Below, piece by piece: positions 35,820 to 46,992 of a stretch of DNA of 64,000 nucleotides. The stretch comes from Octopus sinensis (Eukaryota). The DNA lies in NCBI RefSeq assembly GCF_006345805.1, contig NC_042998.1:171802001-171866000 (forward strand), read 5' to 3'. The notes below the pieces were generated by a model. The model was given only the letters and a program-made list of their open reading frames with translations. It was not told the DNA's origin and did not search any database. The position numbers and the translations under genes were made by a program. Position 1 is the first letter of the stretch. Each line of letters starts with the position of its first letter.

Positions 35820-36080
35820 TAGTCATAATTCTCTAACATCTTGAGACCAATCTTCTTCACTGCATGTCAAGTCTTCTTTAATTTTCCTCCTTCCACAATT
35901 TCCATCCACTTCTTTACACAACTGTCATCATCCATATACATTGCATATCCATACTCAGAACAGCCTTCACTTTTGCACACTGCTTTTGATATTTCTAATG
36001 CACAGATTTTCTCTCAGCTCATTTGTACACGTCACTTATGCACACTAACATTACACACCCAATGAAGTATGCTCACTTCA
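35820..36080 (-). mobile_element. Old RTE family F ORF C-terminal relic
   Basis: RNEVSILHWVCNVSVH...MDDDSCVKK, homologous to ORF 39222-39551. Confidence 0.7.
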
Positions 36081-36404
36081 TTCCTTTATAGTCTTTGCAT
36101 GCCCACTGCATGCAAGATTGATATCTTCCTACTATGTAACATAAAACTTTGTACAGAGGCTTCATATATTCTGGTTTTTACAATAAAAAAGAAGACATTT
36201 GTTGTTGGGGGAGTAAAAGCTCCTGGGACTATTTTTAGCCCATTTTTACTCTGGCTTGTATACACTATTTTTGGCATTGATTTTTAGAGTGAATGCCCTC
36301 TCTGTCACCAACTACTATGCAAAATGGACTCGGTGCTATTATCTCTGTTGGCAATGAGGGGATAACATCTTTGAGAGAATGGCTTATGTACAAAGTATGA
36401 TGTT

Positions 36405-36630
36405 ACATGTTATGGTGACCAGTGGACATTGAATGAAGAGGATGTGTGAAGGCTGGAGAGAAATAAAGGATGTCTACTCTGCATGATGTGTAATGTTGGC
36501 ACCCATGAATGATGTTGTACAGATGAGCTCAGAGATATACTGGATATAAGAGGAATAGAGTTGTGATATGTAAGAGAGAAGATTGCATTGGTATGAGTAT
36601 GCAATATGTATGGCAGATAACAGATGAATA
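36405..36630 (+). mobile_element. Old RTE family F ORF C-terminal relic
   Basis: W.LNEEDV.RLERN..MCNV..DELRDILDIRGI..RRLHWY across frameshifts. Confidence 0.65.
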
Positions 36631-36977
36631 AGCAAGTACCTAGAGATCCAAATGGAAGAAAACTATAAAAGGAGAAAACCAAAGAACAAAAGGGTAGAAG
36701 CGTTGAAAGTTTAGGTTGTTGAGCCTAATAAAAGAGCCCAACAAATTGCAAACTACAGTATTGGAAAGAAGCAGTCCAACTCAAGCAAACCTGTAAAAGC
36801 AGATGTAAAAATGATTATAACGTTGATGGTACACACATGTATATACATGCACACAAACATACATTCATTCATACTATATAATATATAGATGCATGAAAGA
36901 TCCAAAGTCCTTGAGACCCCAGAAACATCATTGATGATTTGAAAATAATATGAATGTATATATATGTACATACATAC

Positions 36978-37487
36978 TGTGACTGAGAAGACCTGGCAAA
37001 TAAAGGGAGTTCACAGCTGTGATCTACACTGGTGTCGCATAACCAGCCCACTCAAAAGTTTCTTGGATCGTAGGGCGACATGCCATGCTTGAGGAGACAT
37101 ATTGAATCAAGTACATCAAAATCAAATGAAATCACGTTCAAATGGAAATTGTAGTTGTGATCCCCGTGCCGGTGGCACGTAAAAGGCAACAACCAAATGT
37201 GACTGATGCCAGCGCCGCCTTGATTGGCTTCCAAGCCGGTGGCACGTAAAAAGTACCATCCGATCGTGGTCGATGCCAGCCCCATCTAGCCCTTGTGCCG
37301 GTGGCACGTAAAAAAGCACCTGTTACACTCACAGAGTGGTTGGTGTTAGGAAGGGCATCTAGTTGTAGAAACACTGCTAGATCAGACTGGAGCCTGGTGC
37401 AGCCTCCTGGCTTCCCAGACCCCAGTCGAACTGTCCAATCCATGCCAGCATGGAAAACGGACGTTAAACGAAGATGATAACGATGAG
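36978..37487 (+). mobile_element. RTE family F 3' end (last codons plus 3' UTR)
   Basis: VTEKTWQ-like ORF end, GTGCCGGTGGCACGTAAAA units, terminal GGACGTTAAACGA(TGA)n-like tail. Confidence 0.85.
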
Positions 37488-37569
37488 AATACATACATAT
37501 ATACATATACATACGTATACATATATATATATACATATATACTTATACATACATATATTTTTTTGGTGG

Positions 37570-37998
37570 GGTTTGTTACAGCTTAGAGCTGCAGCCATGC
37601 TGATGCACCGCCGTTTTGTGCTACACCGTTATTAATAAGAGCCTCCTCTAATATGTGGCACTTGGTGAAGAATGGAGTTTGATATAGCTACCCTCATTTG
37701 CACCTCTTGCCGTGAAGTAGGTTCATCTGGGACTCTCGACAGGAAGAGGTCCAGCTTTGATTTAAAAACCGCTACATCTACTTTGTGCAAGTTCCTCAGA
37801 CTCTTTGGGAGAATATTAAAAAAGCTGTGGGCCCTTGAAACCCAGGCTGTTGCAGTAGCTGGTCCTAAAGCGTGATGGCATTGCTGGGATCTTTGGCACT
37901 ATGCAGTGTTGTCGCGTTCTAGCATTGGTGTAGCTTACAATGCCAAAATTTGATACAATTCCTTCCAGGATCTTCCTGATATATATTACTGCATACCT
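37570..37998 (-). mobile_element. CR1-clade LINE 3' end, 5'-truncated
   Basis: [82 protein letters not shown]; tail GGCGGTGCATCAGCATGGCTGCAG. Confidence 0.85.
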
Positions 37999-38121
37999 AT
38001 ATATATATATATATTACTGCATACCTATATATATATATAGGTATGCAGTAATATATATCAGGAAGATCCTGGAAGGAATTGTATCAAATTTTGGCATTGT
38101 AAGCTACACCAATGCTAGAAC
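37916..38121. repeat. Perfect 83-bp inverted duplication around (TA)n
   Basis: Arms 37916-37998 and 38039-38121 are exact reverse complements by eye. Confidence 0.95.
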
Positions 38122-38127
38122 CAATGC

Positions 38128-38161
<34 letters not shown>

Positions 38162-38176
38162 TATATATATATACAC

Positions 38177-38207
<31 letters not shown>

Positions 38208-38884
38208 TATATATATATACACACATATATATATATACACACATATATATATATATACACACATATATATATATATACACACACACATATATATATATAC
38301 ACACACACATATATATATATATACACACACACATATATATATATATATACACATATATATATATATATATACACATATATATATACATATACACATATAT
38401 ATATACACATATATATACACATATACATATATATACATATACATATGTATACATATATATACATATACATATGTATACATATATATATATATACATATAC
38501 ATATGTATACATATATATACATATACATATATATACATACATATACATATATATACATACATATACATATATATACATACATATACATATATATACACAT
38601 ATATATATACATATATACACATATATATATATACATACACACATATATATATATACATACACATATATATCTACATATATATGCATCCACATATATATAC
38701 ACATTTATACATACATATATATATATATACATACACATATATATCTACATATATATGCATCCACATATATATACACATTTATACATACATATATATATAT
38801 ACATACACATATATATATACATACACATATATATATATACACACATATCTACATATATATATGCATCCACATATATACAACATT

Positions 38885-38928
<44 letters not shown>

Positions 38929-38968
38929 TATATATACATAGACACACACATACCACATACACACATAT

Positions 38969-39008
<40 letters not shown>

Positions 39009-39060
39009 TATATATATACATATATATACATAGACACACACATACCACATACACACATAT

Positions 39061-39111
<51 letters not shown>

Positions 39112-39151
39112 CATATATATACATAGACACACATACCACATACACACATAT

Positions 39152-39194
<43 letters not shown>

Positions 39195-39215
39195 ATATTA
39201 TATATATATATATAA
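38128..39215. repeat. ~1.1-kb compound (TA)/(CA) satellite with higher-order repeats
   Basis: Blocks ATCTACATATATATGCATCCAC x3 and CATAGACACACA..TACCACATACACACATAT x3 embedded in TA/CA runs. Confidence 0.95.
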
Positions 39216-40232
39216 GCCAGTATGCTCCGATGGATGTGTAATGTCAGTGTACATACTCGACAGAGCGTTAGCACCTTGAGAGAAATGTTGTACCTAAGAG
39301 GCATCAGTTGTGGTGTGCAAGAGAGACGATTGCGCTGGTATGGTCATGTGGCGAGAATGGATGAAGATAGGTGTGTGAGAAAGTGCCAATCCTTAGCAGT
39401 TGAGGGAACCCGTGGAAGAGGTAGACCCAGGAAAACCTGGGACGAGGTGGTGAAGCACGACCTTCGAACTTTAGGCCTCACTGAGGAAATGACCAGCGAC
39501 CGAGACCTTTGGAAATATTCTGTACGTGAGAAGACCAGGCAGGACAAGTGAGCCCAGCCCACTTATGAATGCCTTTCCTCCCTTGGACACAAAGACCTGT
39601 TGAGGCAAGCGAAGTCGATATAGAACCTCATCCGACGAATGGCACCCATGCCAACCCCCTTTGCTTGCGAAGACATGTTGGGGCAAGCGAAATCGAAATC
39701 GAATTGAACCAGCCAGGATCCCTGGTCTGGTGGTACGTAAAAAGCACTATCCGACTCGTGGCCGATGCCAGCGCCGCCTCCACTGGCTTCCGTGCCGGTG
39801 GCACGTAAAATACACCAATCTGACCGTACGACAGGCACCCATGCCAACCCCGTTGCTTGCGAAGACATGTTGGGGCAAGTGAAATCGAATTGAACCAGCC
39901 AGGATCCCTGGTCTGGTGGTACGTAAAAAGCACTATCCGACTCGTGGCCGATGCCAGCACCCCCTCGTTTGGCTTCCGTGCAGGTGGCACATAAAATACA
40001 CCAATCCGACCGTGGCCATTGCCAGCCTCGCCTGGCACCTGTGCAGGTGGCACGTGAAAAGCACCCACTACACTCACGGAGTGGTTGGCGTTAGGAAGGG
40101 CATCCAGCTGTAGAAACACTGCCAGATAAGACTGGAGCCTAGTGCAGCCTTCTGGCTTTCCAGATCCCCGGTCGAACCGTCCAACCCATGCTAGCATGGA
40201 GAACGGACGTTAAACGATGATGATGATGATGA

Positions 40233-40238
<6 letters not shown>
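39216..40238 (+). mobile_element. RTE family F: ORF C-terminus plus complete 3' UTR
   Basis: ORF 39222-39551 [24 protein letters not shown]; ~190-bp tandem duplication (39640-40012); ends CCATGCTAGCATGG..TAAAC(GAT)n. Confidence 0.93.
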
Positions 40239-40268
<30 letters not shown>

Positions 40269-40431
40269 AACAACTTCCTACATTTGCATTACCTCACAGC
40301 ATATGTGTTTCAAAAACTGAACAATGAAAGTGTTTACTGTGTGAAAGCTTTATTCTCAAAGGTTCGCGTCATTCTATTTGAAAAAAAAAACTTTATATAA
40401 CTTCTAAGAAAATCTTCAAATATTATGACTG

Positions 40432-40500
40432 TACCTCAGGCCAACCAAAGCCTTGTGAGTCAATTTGGTAGACGGAAACTGAAAGAAGCCCATTGTATCG
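40432..40500 (+). mobile_element. SINE C internal fragment
   Basis: CCAAAGCCTTGTGAG..TTTGGTAGACGGAAACTGAAAGAAGCCC. Confidence 0.75.
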
Positions 40501-40639
40501 TTCGTAATACATTTTTTCGTTCGGCTTAACAGCCCTTCTTGTCTCGTTATTTTCCTTGTCCTGTCTTTTAATGCTTATATTTTGTACTGTCGTTACTGTC
40601 CTGTTTTTGCTACCATTTTTACCCCTCTGCAAAAAGATC

Positions 40640-40895
40640 TCAAATTTTATTTGATTTGCTTTTCGCAGGAAGGAAAGTTTCTATCGAAGATACGTCTCGC
40701 CTTCACCTTCGAAACGTAGAGTAGATGAAACCATGGCGACTGAAGAAGGTTTTTTTTCCTTGTGTTATTTGTCCTGTACTCTATTTTTGTTGTTTTTTAA
40801 GAAAAATGTCCAGTTCCTTGGGTTTGTGTCTATGTTTTCGTTTCTCATTGTGTTCGACGTTTTTTTGGTGTCCTGTACTCATATATGTGTGTATA
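40640..40895 (+). mobile_element. Penelope-LTR-like relic
   Basis: CTTCGAAACGTAGAGTAGAT..ACTGAAGAAGG..TGTGTTATTTGTCCTGT is homologous to the arms at 45745-46337; abuts a TA-rich tract. Confidence 0.4.
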
Positions 40896-40980
40896 TATAC
40901 ATGTAGAGGTAGGTACGTACATATATGTATATATATATGCATATGTTTTATTTATTAATATATTATATGACGGAATGCAT

Positions 40981-41007
40981 GCATCCCTTTCTAAGTAAGA
41001 TTGTTCT

Positions 41008-41043
<36 letters not shown>

Positions 41044-41070
41044 AGAACAATCTTACTTAGAAAGGGATGC
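40981..41070. repeat. Perfect 90-bp palindrome (30-bp arms plus (TA)15)
   Basis: GCATCCCTTTCTAAGTAAGATTGTTCTTGA-(TA)15-TCAAGAACAATCTTACTTAGAAAGGGATGC. Confidence 0.97.
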
Positions 41071-41230
41071 GTATATATAAGAAGAAAAAGCAAATGAAGA
41101 TTGGGAAGTTAATAATTGTTTATTATTAAGAGCAAATTTACCATCATCCCTTACAACTTTTTTAATTAGTACTCAGTAAATATTAAGTAGCTATTAAAAT
41201 CATATGACCTGAGTATAATATCTTCAGAGG

Positions 41231-42640
41231 GAAAAAGAAAATGGAGATTGGAAGGCTGATAATTGCTTAATATTAACAGCAAATTAATCATCATCCCTGT
41301 TTCAATTAATACTCAGTAAATATTAAGTAACTGTTAAATTTATAAGACCTGAGCATATCTTCAGCGGGGAAAAAATATAACCTTGGATGTTTTACATGTG
41401 TTTATGGATTCATCATATCGGACTGAATGATAGATACGGTTTATGATTTGTATTGTTATATGTTTGGTTGAGGGCTTTGCAGGTTGAGTGGAGACAAGGT
41501 AAATGGAATTAGAATAAATGAATAAATTAAATAGATGTGACATAGGAAATTTAAATATAAATAAGTTGTAGTTAATAAAAAATGGAATATTCGTATATGT
41601 GGTATAAATAAAGTTAAGAAAATTTGTATATATGCAAGTACACACGCATACATATGCACATACATATATGTATCTGTACGTTCATATATATAAACAGAGA
41701 CACACATATATATACATCTACATGTACACACATATCTGGGCATATACGTATATGCATATATACACTTACATGTACAAACACATTAATACGTATGCACACT
41801 CATACACACATGTATTTATATATGTATGTGTTTACACTTTTTATCCATCACCCCTAAGAAGAAATTAATATAGGTCCATTTTAGTCAATTAATTCTGATT
41901 GGTTAATGAAATTTTAAATTATTTTGTTTACTCTATAGCGTTTCAAGGAAATAATTCAAAATTTCATTAACAAATCGGAATTAATTGACCTACATGGATC
42001 TATATTAACTTCTTAGGGGTGCTGGCTAAAAAGTGTAAACACATATATATATATATATATATACATACATGTATGTGTATATATGCTTATATACGTATAT
42101 TGCGCGGATATGTGTGTACATGTCGATGTATGTACATATGTGTGTCTCTGTATATATATATATATATATATGAATGTATGGATACATATATGTATGTGTA
42201 TGTACGTATACCTATGTACTTGCATATATACAAATTTTCTTAACTTTATTTATACCTCATATACAAATATTCCATTCTTTATTAAGTATAAACTTACCTT
42301 ATTTATATTTAAATTTCCTATGTCATATCTATTTAATTTATTCATTTATTTTAATTCTATTTACCTACTCCATCTTATCTCCACTCAACCTGCAAACCCC
42401 TCAACCAAACATATAACAATACAAATCATAAGCAGTATCATTCAGTCTGATATAATGAATCCATAAACACACATATAAAACATCCAAGGATATATTTTTT
42501 TTCCTGCTGAAGATATGCTCAGGTCTTATAAATTTAATAGTTACTTAATATTTACTGAGTATTAATTGAAACAGGGATGATGATTAATTTCCTATTAATA
42601 TTAAGCAATTATCAACCTCCCAATCTCCATTTTCTTTTTC
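41231..42640. repeat. 1.4-kb imperfect palindrome (arms ~690 bp, 24-nt spacer)
   Basis: Arms 41231-41924 and 41949-42640 are colinear reverse complements along their length, roughly 85-90% identical by eye. Confidence 0.93.
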
Positions 42641-43137
42641 TACTTTTATATGAATATAAACTATATGTTCTTATATATACACCTATTGTTTTAAGGAAAT
42701 TAATTCCCCCAAAATACTAAATATTGAACCAGTATTTCCTTGAATGAAACCATCCCTTCATGAGGTTAACACAACCTCTAATCATAAATATATAATTTTA
42801 AGATTCAAGGTTCCAGTTGTAGGAAGTTAGTAAGCTTTGAGCAGGCTGTGGTAGGTATAAAAAACAACTTTGAGGCATAGAAGGTCATAGGTTTTTCCCA
42901 TATTGAAGTTTGATAAGCTGTAAAAACTTATTTATTTAGTTTGTTGTTAGTATCTAGGGTTGCTATGAATGCAAATAGAAGTTGAATTAGAGGGAATGGA
43001 GTAGATATAAAACCCAGGCTGACAATGTAACCTTCATTTAATGATGGCTACTTGTTGAGTAATTATTACTTCTGAGGTTCTGCTAGCTAGGAAACATATG
43101 TTGTTTGGATATTACCTACTCCATTCCCTCAATTTAA

Positions 43138-43177
<40 letters not shown>

Positions 43178-43213
43178 TTATATATAAAGAGAGAGAGAGA
43201 GTTAGAAGACAGA

Positions 43214-43640
43214 GAAATCTAATAGATACAAATTAATCTAATAATCAACATGTTCACCAACAATTGTTTCATTTCACAAATAAGATTAAAACTGCAAAAC
43301 ATAAATATATAATTTTGCATTTTAAATACTTTGTAAGGAAAATCATCAGGGTGTCCAGAGGACAATAAGGATTACATTAGGATACTTTGGGAATATACAG
43401 AATATATAAACATGTTTATTATGTGTGTATGTATACATGTGTGCACGCATGTGTTAAAATTATCCCTTTTCAATTCAATAATAATAATAGTAAAAATCAT
43501 GAATGATGGGTTATATTATATATGAGTAAAGTAATGTAATATATATTCATTATATTACTTTACCCATATATAATATAACCCATCATTCATGATTGTTACT
43601 ATTATCATTATTGAATTGAAAAGGAATAATTTTAACTCAT

Positions 43641-43713
<73 letters not shown>

Positions 43714-44544
43714 AACATAATAAACATGTTCATATATCCTGTATATTCCGAAAGTATCCTAATATAATCCTTATTGTCGTCCGGACACCCTAATGATTTT
43801 CCTTACAAGGTATTTAAAATGCAAAATTATATATTTATATGTTTTGTAATTTTAATCTTATTTCAAGAGATTAAAATTACAAAAATGATGAATGACAAAA
43901 GACCGAGATCTCTGGAGATATGCTGTGACTGTGAAGACCTGACAAATAACGCGAGTCCATGTCTGTTTCCTGCACCAGTTTCACATAGAAGCCCCAGCCC
44001 ATCCAAATTACCTTGGATCGCAGAGCAGTCTGCTGTGCTTACCTTGGATCATAGGGGGACCAGCTGTGCTTGAGGAGACCTACTGAGTCAAGTACATCAA
44101 CATCAAAGTAAAAATCAAATGGAAATTGCAGTTGTGATACCTGTGCCAGTGTCACGTAAAAAGCACCATCTGAACGTGGCCGATGCCAGCACCACCTTGA
44201 CTGGCTTCCGTGCCAGTGGCATGTAAAAAGCACCAACCGATCGTAGCCACTGCCAGCCTCCCCTGGCAACTGTGCCGGTGGCATGTAAAAAGCTCCCACT
44301 ACACTCATGGAGTGGTTGGCATTAAAAAGGGCATCCAGCTGTAGAAACACTGCCAGATCAGACTGGATCCTGGTGCAGCCTCCTGGCTTCCCAGACCCTG
44401 GTCGAACCATCCAACCCATGCTAGCATGGAAAATGGATGTTAAACGATGATGATGATGAATTTTAATCTTATTTGTGAAATGAAACAATTGTTGGTGAAT
44501 ATGTTGATTAATTAATAAATTAACTTGTATCCATTACTGGTTTC
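43214..44544. repeat. Imperfect palindrome (arms ~330 bp, 8-nt spacer), right arm split by a LINE insertion
   Basis: Left arm 43214-43540; right arm 43549-43863 continuing 44475-44544; (CA)n expanded in the right arm. Confidence 0.9.
43864..44458 (+). mobile_element. RTE family F 3' end
   Basis: RDLWRYAVTVKT ORF end, 3' UTR, (GAT)n tail; 16-bp TSD AATTTTAATCTTATTT at 43848-43863 and 44459-44474. Confidence 0.92.
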
Positions 44545-44704
44545 TAAAATGGTTTTCCATAAAAATGGTTAATATCTTATGATATTCTATATAATAGAAG
44601 AATTATCTCTTCAAAATTTAACATATTAAACCAATATATCTTGGATAAATATCCCTATAAGAGGTTGGAATATCCTCATTGTGACTATATATATATATAT
44701 ATAA

Positions 44705-45096
44705 TTCTTTTATTTGTTTCAGTCATCTTGACTGTAGCCATGCTGCTGCGCCACCCTTAGTTAAACAAATTGACCCCAGGACTTTTTCTTTGTAAGCTTT
44801 GTGCTTATTCTTTTGGTCTCTGTTGCCAAACTGCTATGTTATGGGGATGTAAGCACACCGACATCGGTTGTCAAGCGATAGTGTGTGTGTGTGGGGGGGG
44901 GGGGCAAACACAGACCATCAAATACACACACACACGCACATACGATGGGGTTCTTTCAGTTCCCATCTACCAAATCCACCCACAAGACTTTGGTCGGCCT
45001 GAGGCTATAGTAGAAGACCAACGTGCTATGGATTGGGACTGAACACAGAACCATGTGGTTGGTAAGCAAGCTACTTACCACATAGCCACTCCTATG
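44705..45096 (-). mobile_element. SINE family C
   Basis: Reverse complement of the 23232-23630 family, including internal (CA)/(TG) and tail. Confidence 0.87.
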
Positions 45097-45193
45097 TATA
45101 TATACTTACTTGGAAATGGATGCGTGACATTGATTAAACAATAATATAAATAATGTGTATGTATGCATGCATATATATATTATTTATATATAT

Positions 45194-45405
45194 TAAGGGC
45201 AGCAAGCTGGCAGAAACGTTAGCATGCCGGGCGAAATGCTCAGCGGAATTTCGTCTGCCGTTATGTTCTGAGTTCAAATTCCGCCAAGGTCGACTTTGCC
45301 TTTCATCCTTTCGGGGTCAATTAAATAAGTACCAGTTACGTACTGGGGTCGATGTAATTGTTTGTCCCCTCTATATTTAGCCCCCTGTGGCAATAAAAAA
45401 GTAAA
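45194..45405 (+). mobile_element. SINE family A monomer (tail A)
   Basis: Consensus match. Confidence 0.88.
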
Positions 45406-45419
45406 TATATATATATATA

Positions 45420-45744
45420 TATCATCATCATCATCGTTTAGCATCCACTTTCCATGCTAGCATGGGTTGGACGGTTCAACTGGGGTCTGGGAAGCCAGAA
45501 GGCTGCACCAGGCTCAGTCTGATCTGGCAATGTTTCTACAGCTGGATGCCCTTCCTAACACCAACCACTCTGTGAGTGTAGTGGGTGCTTTTTACGTGCC
45601 ACCGACACAGGCGCCAGACAAGGCTGGCAAACGGCCATGATCGGATGGTACTTTTTTCGTGCCACCGGCATGGAGGCCAGGTGAGGCTGGCAATGGCCAC
45701 GGTTGGATGGTGCTTTTTATGTGCCCCCGGCACTGGTATCACAG
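45420..45744 (-). mobile_element. RTE family F 3' UTR fragment
   Basis: (CAT)n-CGTTTA..CCATGCTAGCATGG..CTGGATGCCCTTCC. Confidence 0.88.
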
Positions 45745-46337
45745 ATGGGTACAGGATATCACCAAGTGTAAACAACATAAAGTACAAAAACAAGCAAGTT
45801 AAATATGCAAACAATGAGAGAAAAAAATTGAAAACAGGACAAGTAACAGAAAGAACGACCCTTCACCAGTTGTCGGCTGTCTATCTACTCATCATTTCGA
45901 TCATTCAACGACAATATGAGTCTTCGAAGGCAGTTGATCCTAAAACTTCCAAAATAAATTTTGGATTTTATGTAGGGTCAAAGTTAGGAACAAAAACAGG
46001 ACAGTGGAGACATACAAGGAAACCGAACAAAAGCAAACATGGAAGGTTGTTAGACCAGAACGAGGGTAAATATTGAATGCTGGAAGAAATATTTTCTTTG
46101 AAAAGGGAGAAGATAGAAGAGAGAGGTAGAAGATGTCCAGTCCTTAGAAAGTTGTTTAGGAAAAGACAGTTGGTTAAATGCTCGAAGTGAGGAGTAGATA
46201 GACAGCCAACAATTGATGAAATATTGTTCTTTGTGTTACTTGTCCTGTTTTCATTATTTTTCTCTTGTTGTTTGCATATTTAACTTGCTTGTTTTCGTAT
46301 TTCATGTTGTTTATAATTGGTAACATCCTGTTCCCAT
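45745..46337. repeat. Inverted pair of ~165-bp Penelope-LTR-like arms with ~263-bp spacer
   Basis: 45745-45909 matches the reverse complement of 46173-46337 at roughly 80-85% by eye. Confidence 0.85.
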
Positions 46338-46361
46338 ATATATATATATATATATACATAC

Positions 46362-46787
46362 ACACAGCACCATCCGAGCATGATTGTTGCCAGGGCTGCT
46401 CACTGGCTACCGTGCCAGTGGCAAATAAAAAGCACCATTTGAGCGTGATCGTTACCAGCGTTGCCTTACTGGCACTTGTACTGGTGGCACGTGAAAAACA
46501 ACATTTGAGCAAGGTCGTTGCCAGTGCTGTTGTACTGGCTCATGTGCAGGTGGCACTTAAAAAACACCTTTTGAGCATAGCTGTTGCCAGTACCGCCTGA
46601 CTGGCCCTCATACTGGTGGCACGTAAAAGCACCCACTATACTCTCAGAGTGGTTGGCGTAAGGAAAGGCATCCAGCTGTATTAACTCTGCCAGATCAGAT
46701 TGGAACTTGGTGCATCCATCCGGCTTGCCAGTCCTCAGTCAAACTGTACAACCCATGCCAGCATGGAAAGCGGACATTAAACGATGA

Positions 46788-46792
<5 letters not shown>
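46362..46792 (+). mobile_element. RTE family F-related 3' UTR with ~60-bp tandem units
   Basis: Four to five units containing GTGGCACGT.AAAA; terminal CCATGCCAGCATGG..TAAAC(GAT)n. Confidence 0.82.
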
Positions 46793-46834
<42 letters not shown>

Positions 46835-46888
46835 ATATATATTATTTATATTATTATATGTACATATGCATATATGTGTACATATGTG

Positions 46889-46951
<63 letters not shown>

Positions 46952-46990
46952 GTGTGTGTTTGTGTATGTGTGTGTTTGTGTTTGTGTGTA
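46790..46990. repeat. (TA)n/(TG)n microsatellite tract
   Basis: Direct reading. Confidence 0.95.
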
Positions 46991-46992
46991 TA

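Noticed and set aside
37940-39304. Long ORFs of 150-367 aa rich in Y/I/H/T or C/V/M
   Set aside because: Translations of TA/CA satellite, which lacks stop codons; the only complex part is the inverted CR1 piece.
46362-46640. Regularly spaced ~60-bp repeats with a hairpin, CRISPR-like at first glance
   Set aside because: The spacers are homologous to each other, the array is part of an RTE 3' UTR, the context is eukaryotic and no cas genes are present.
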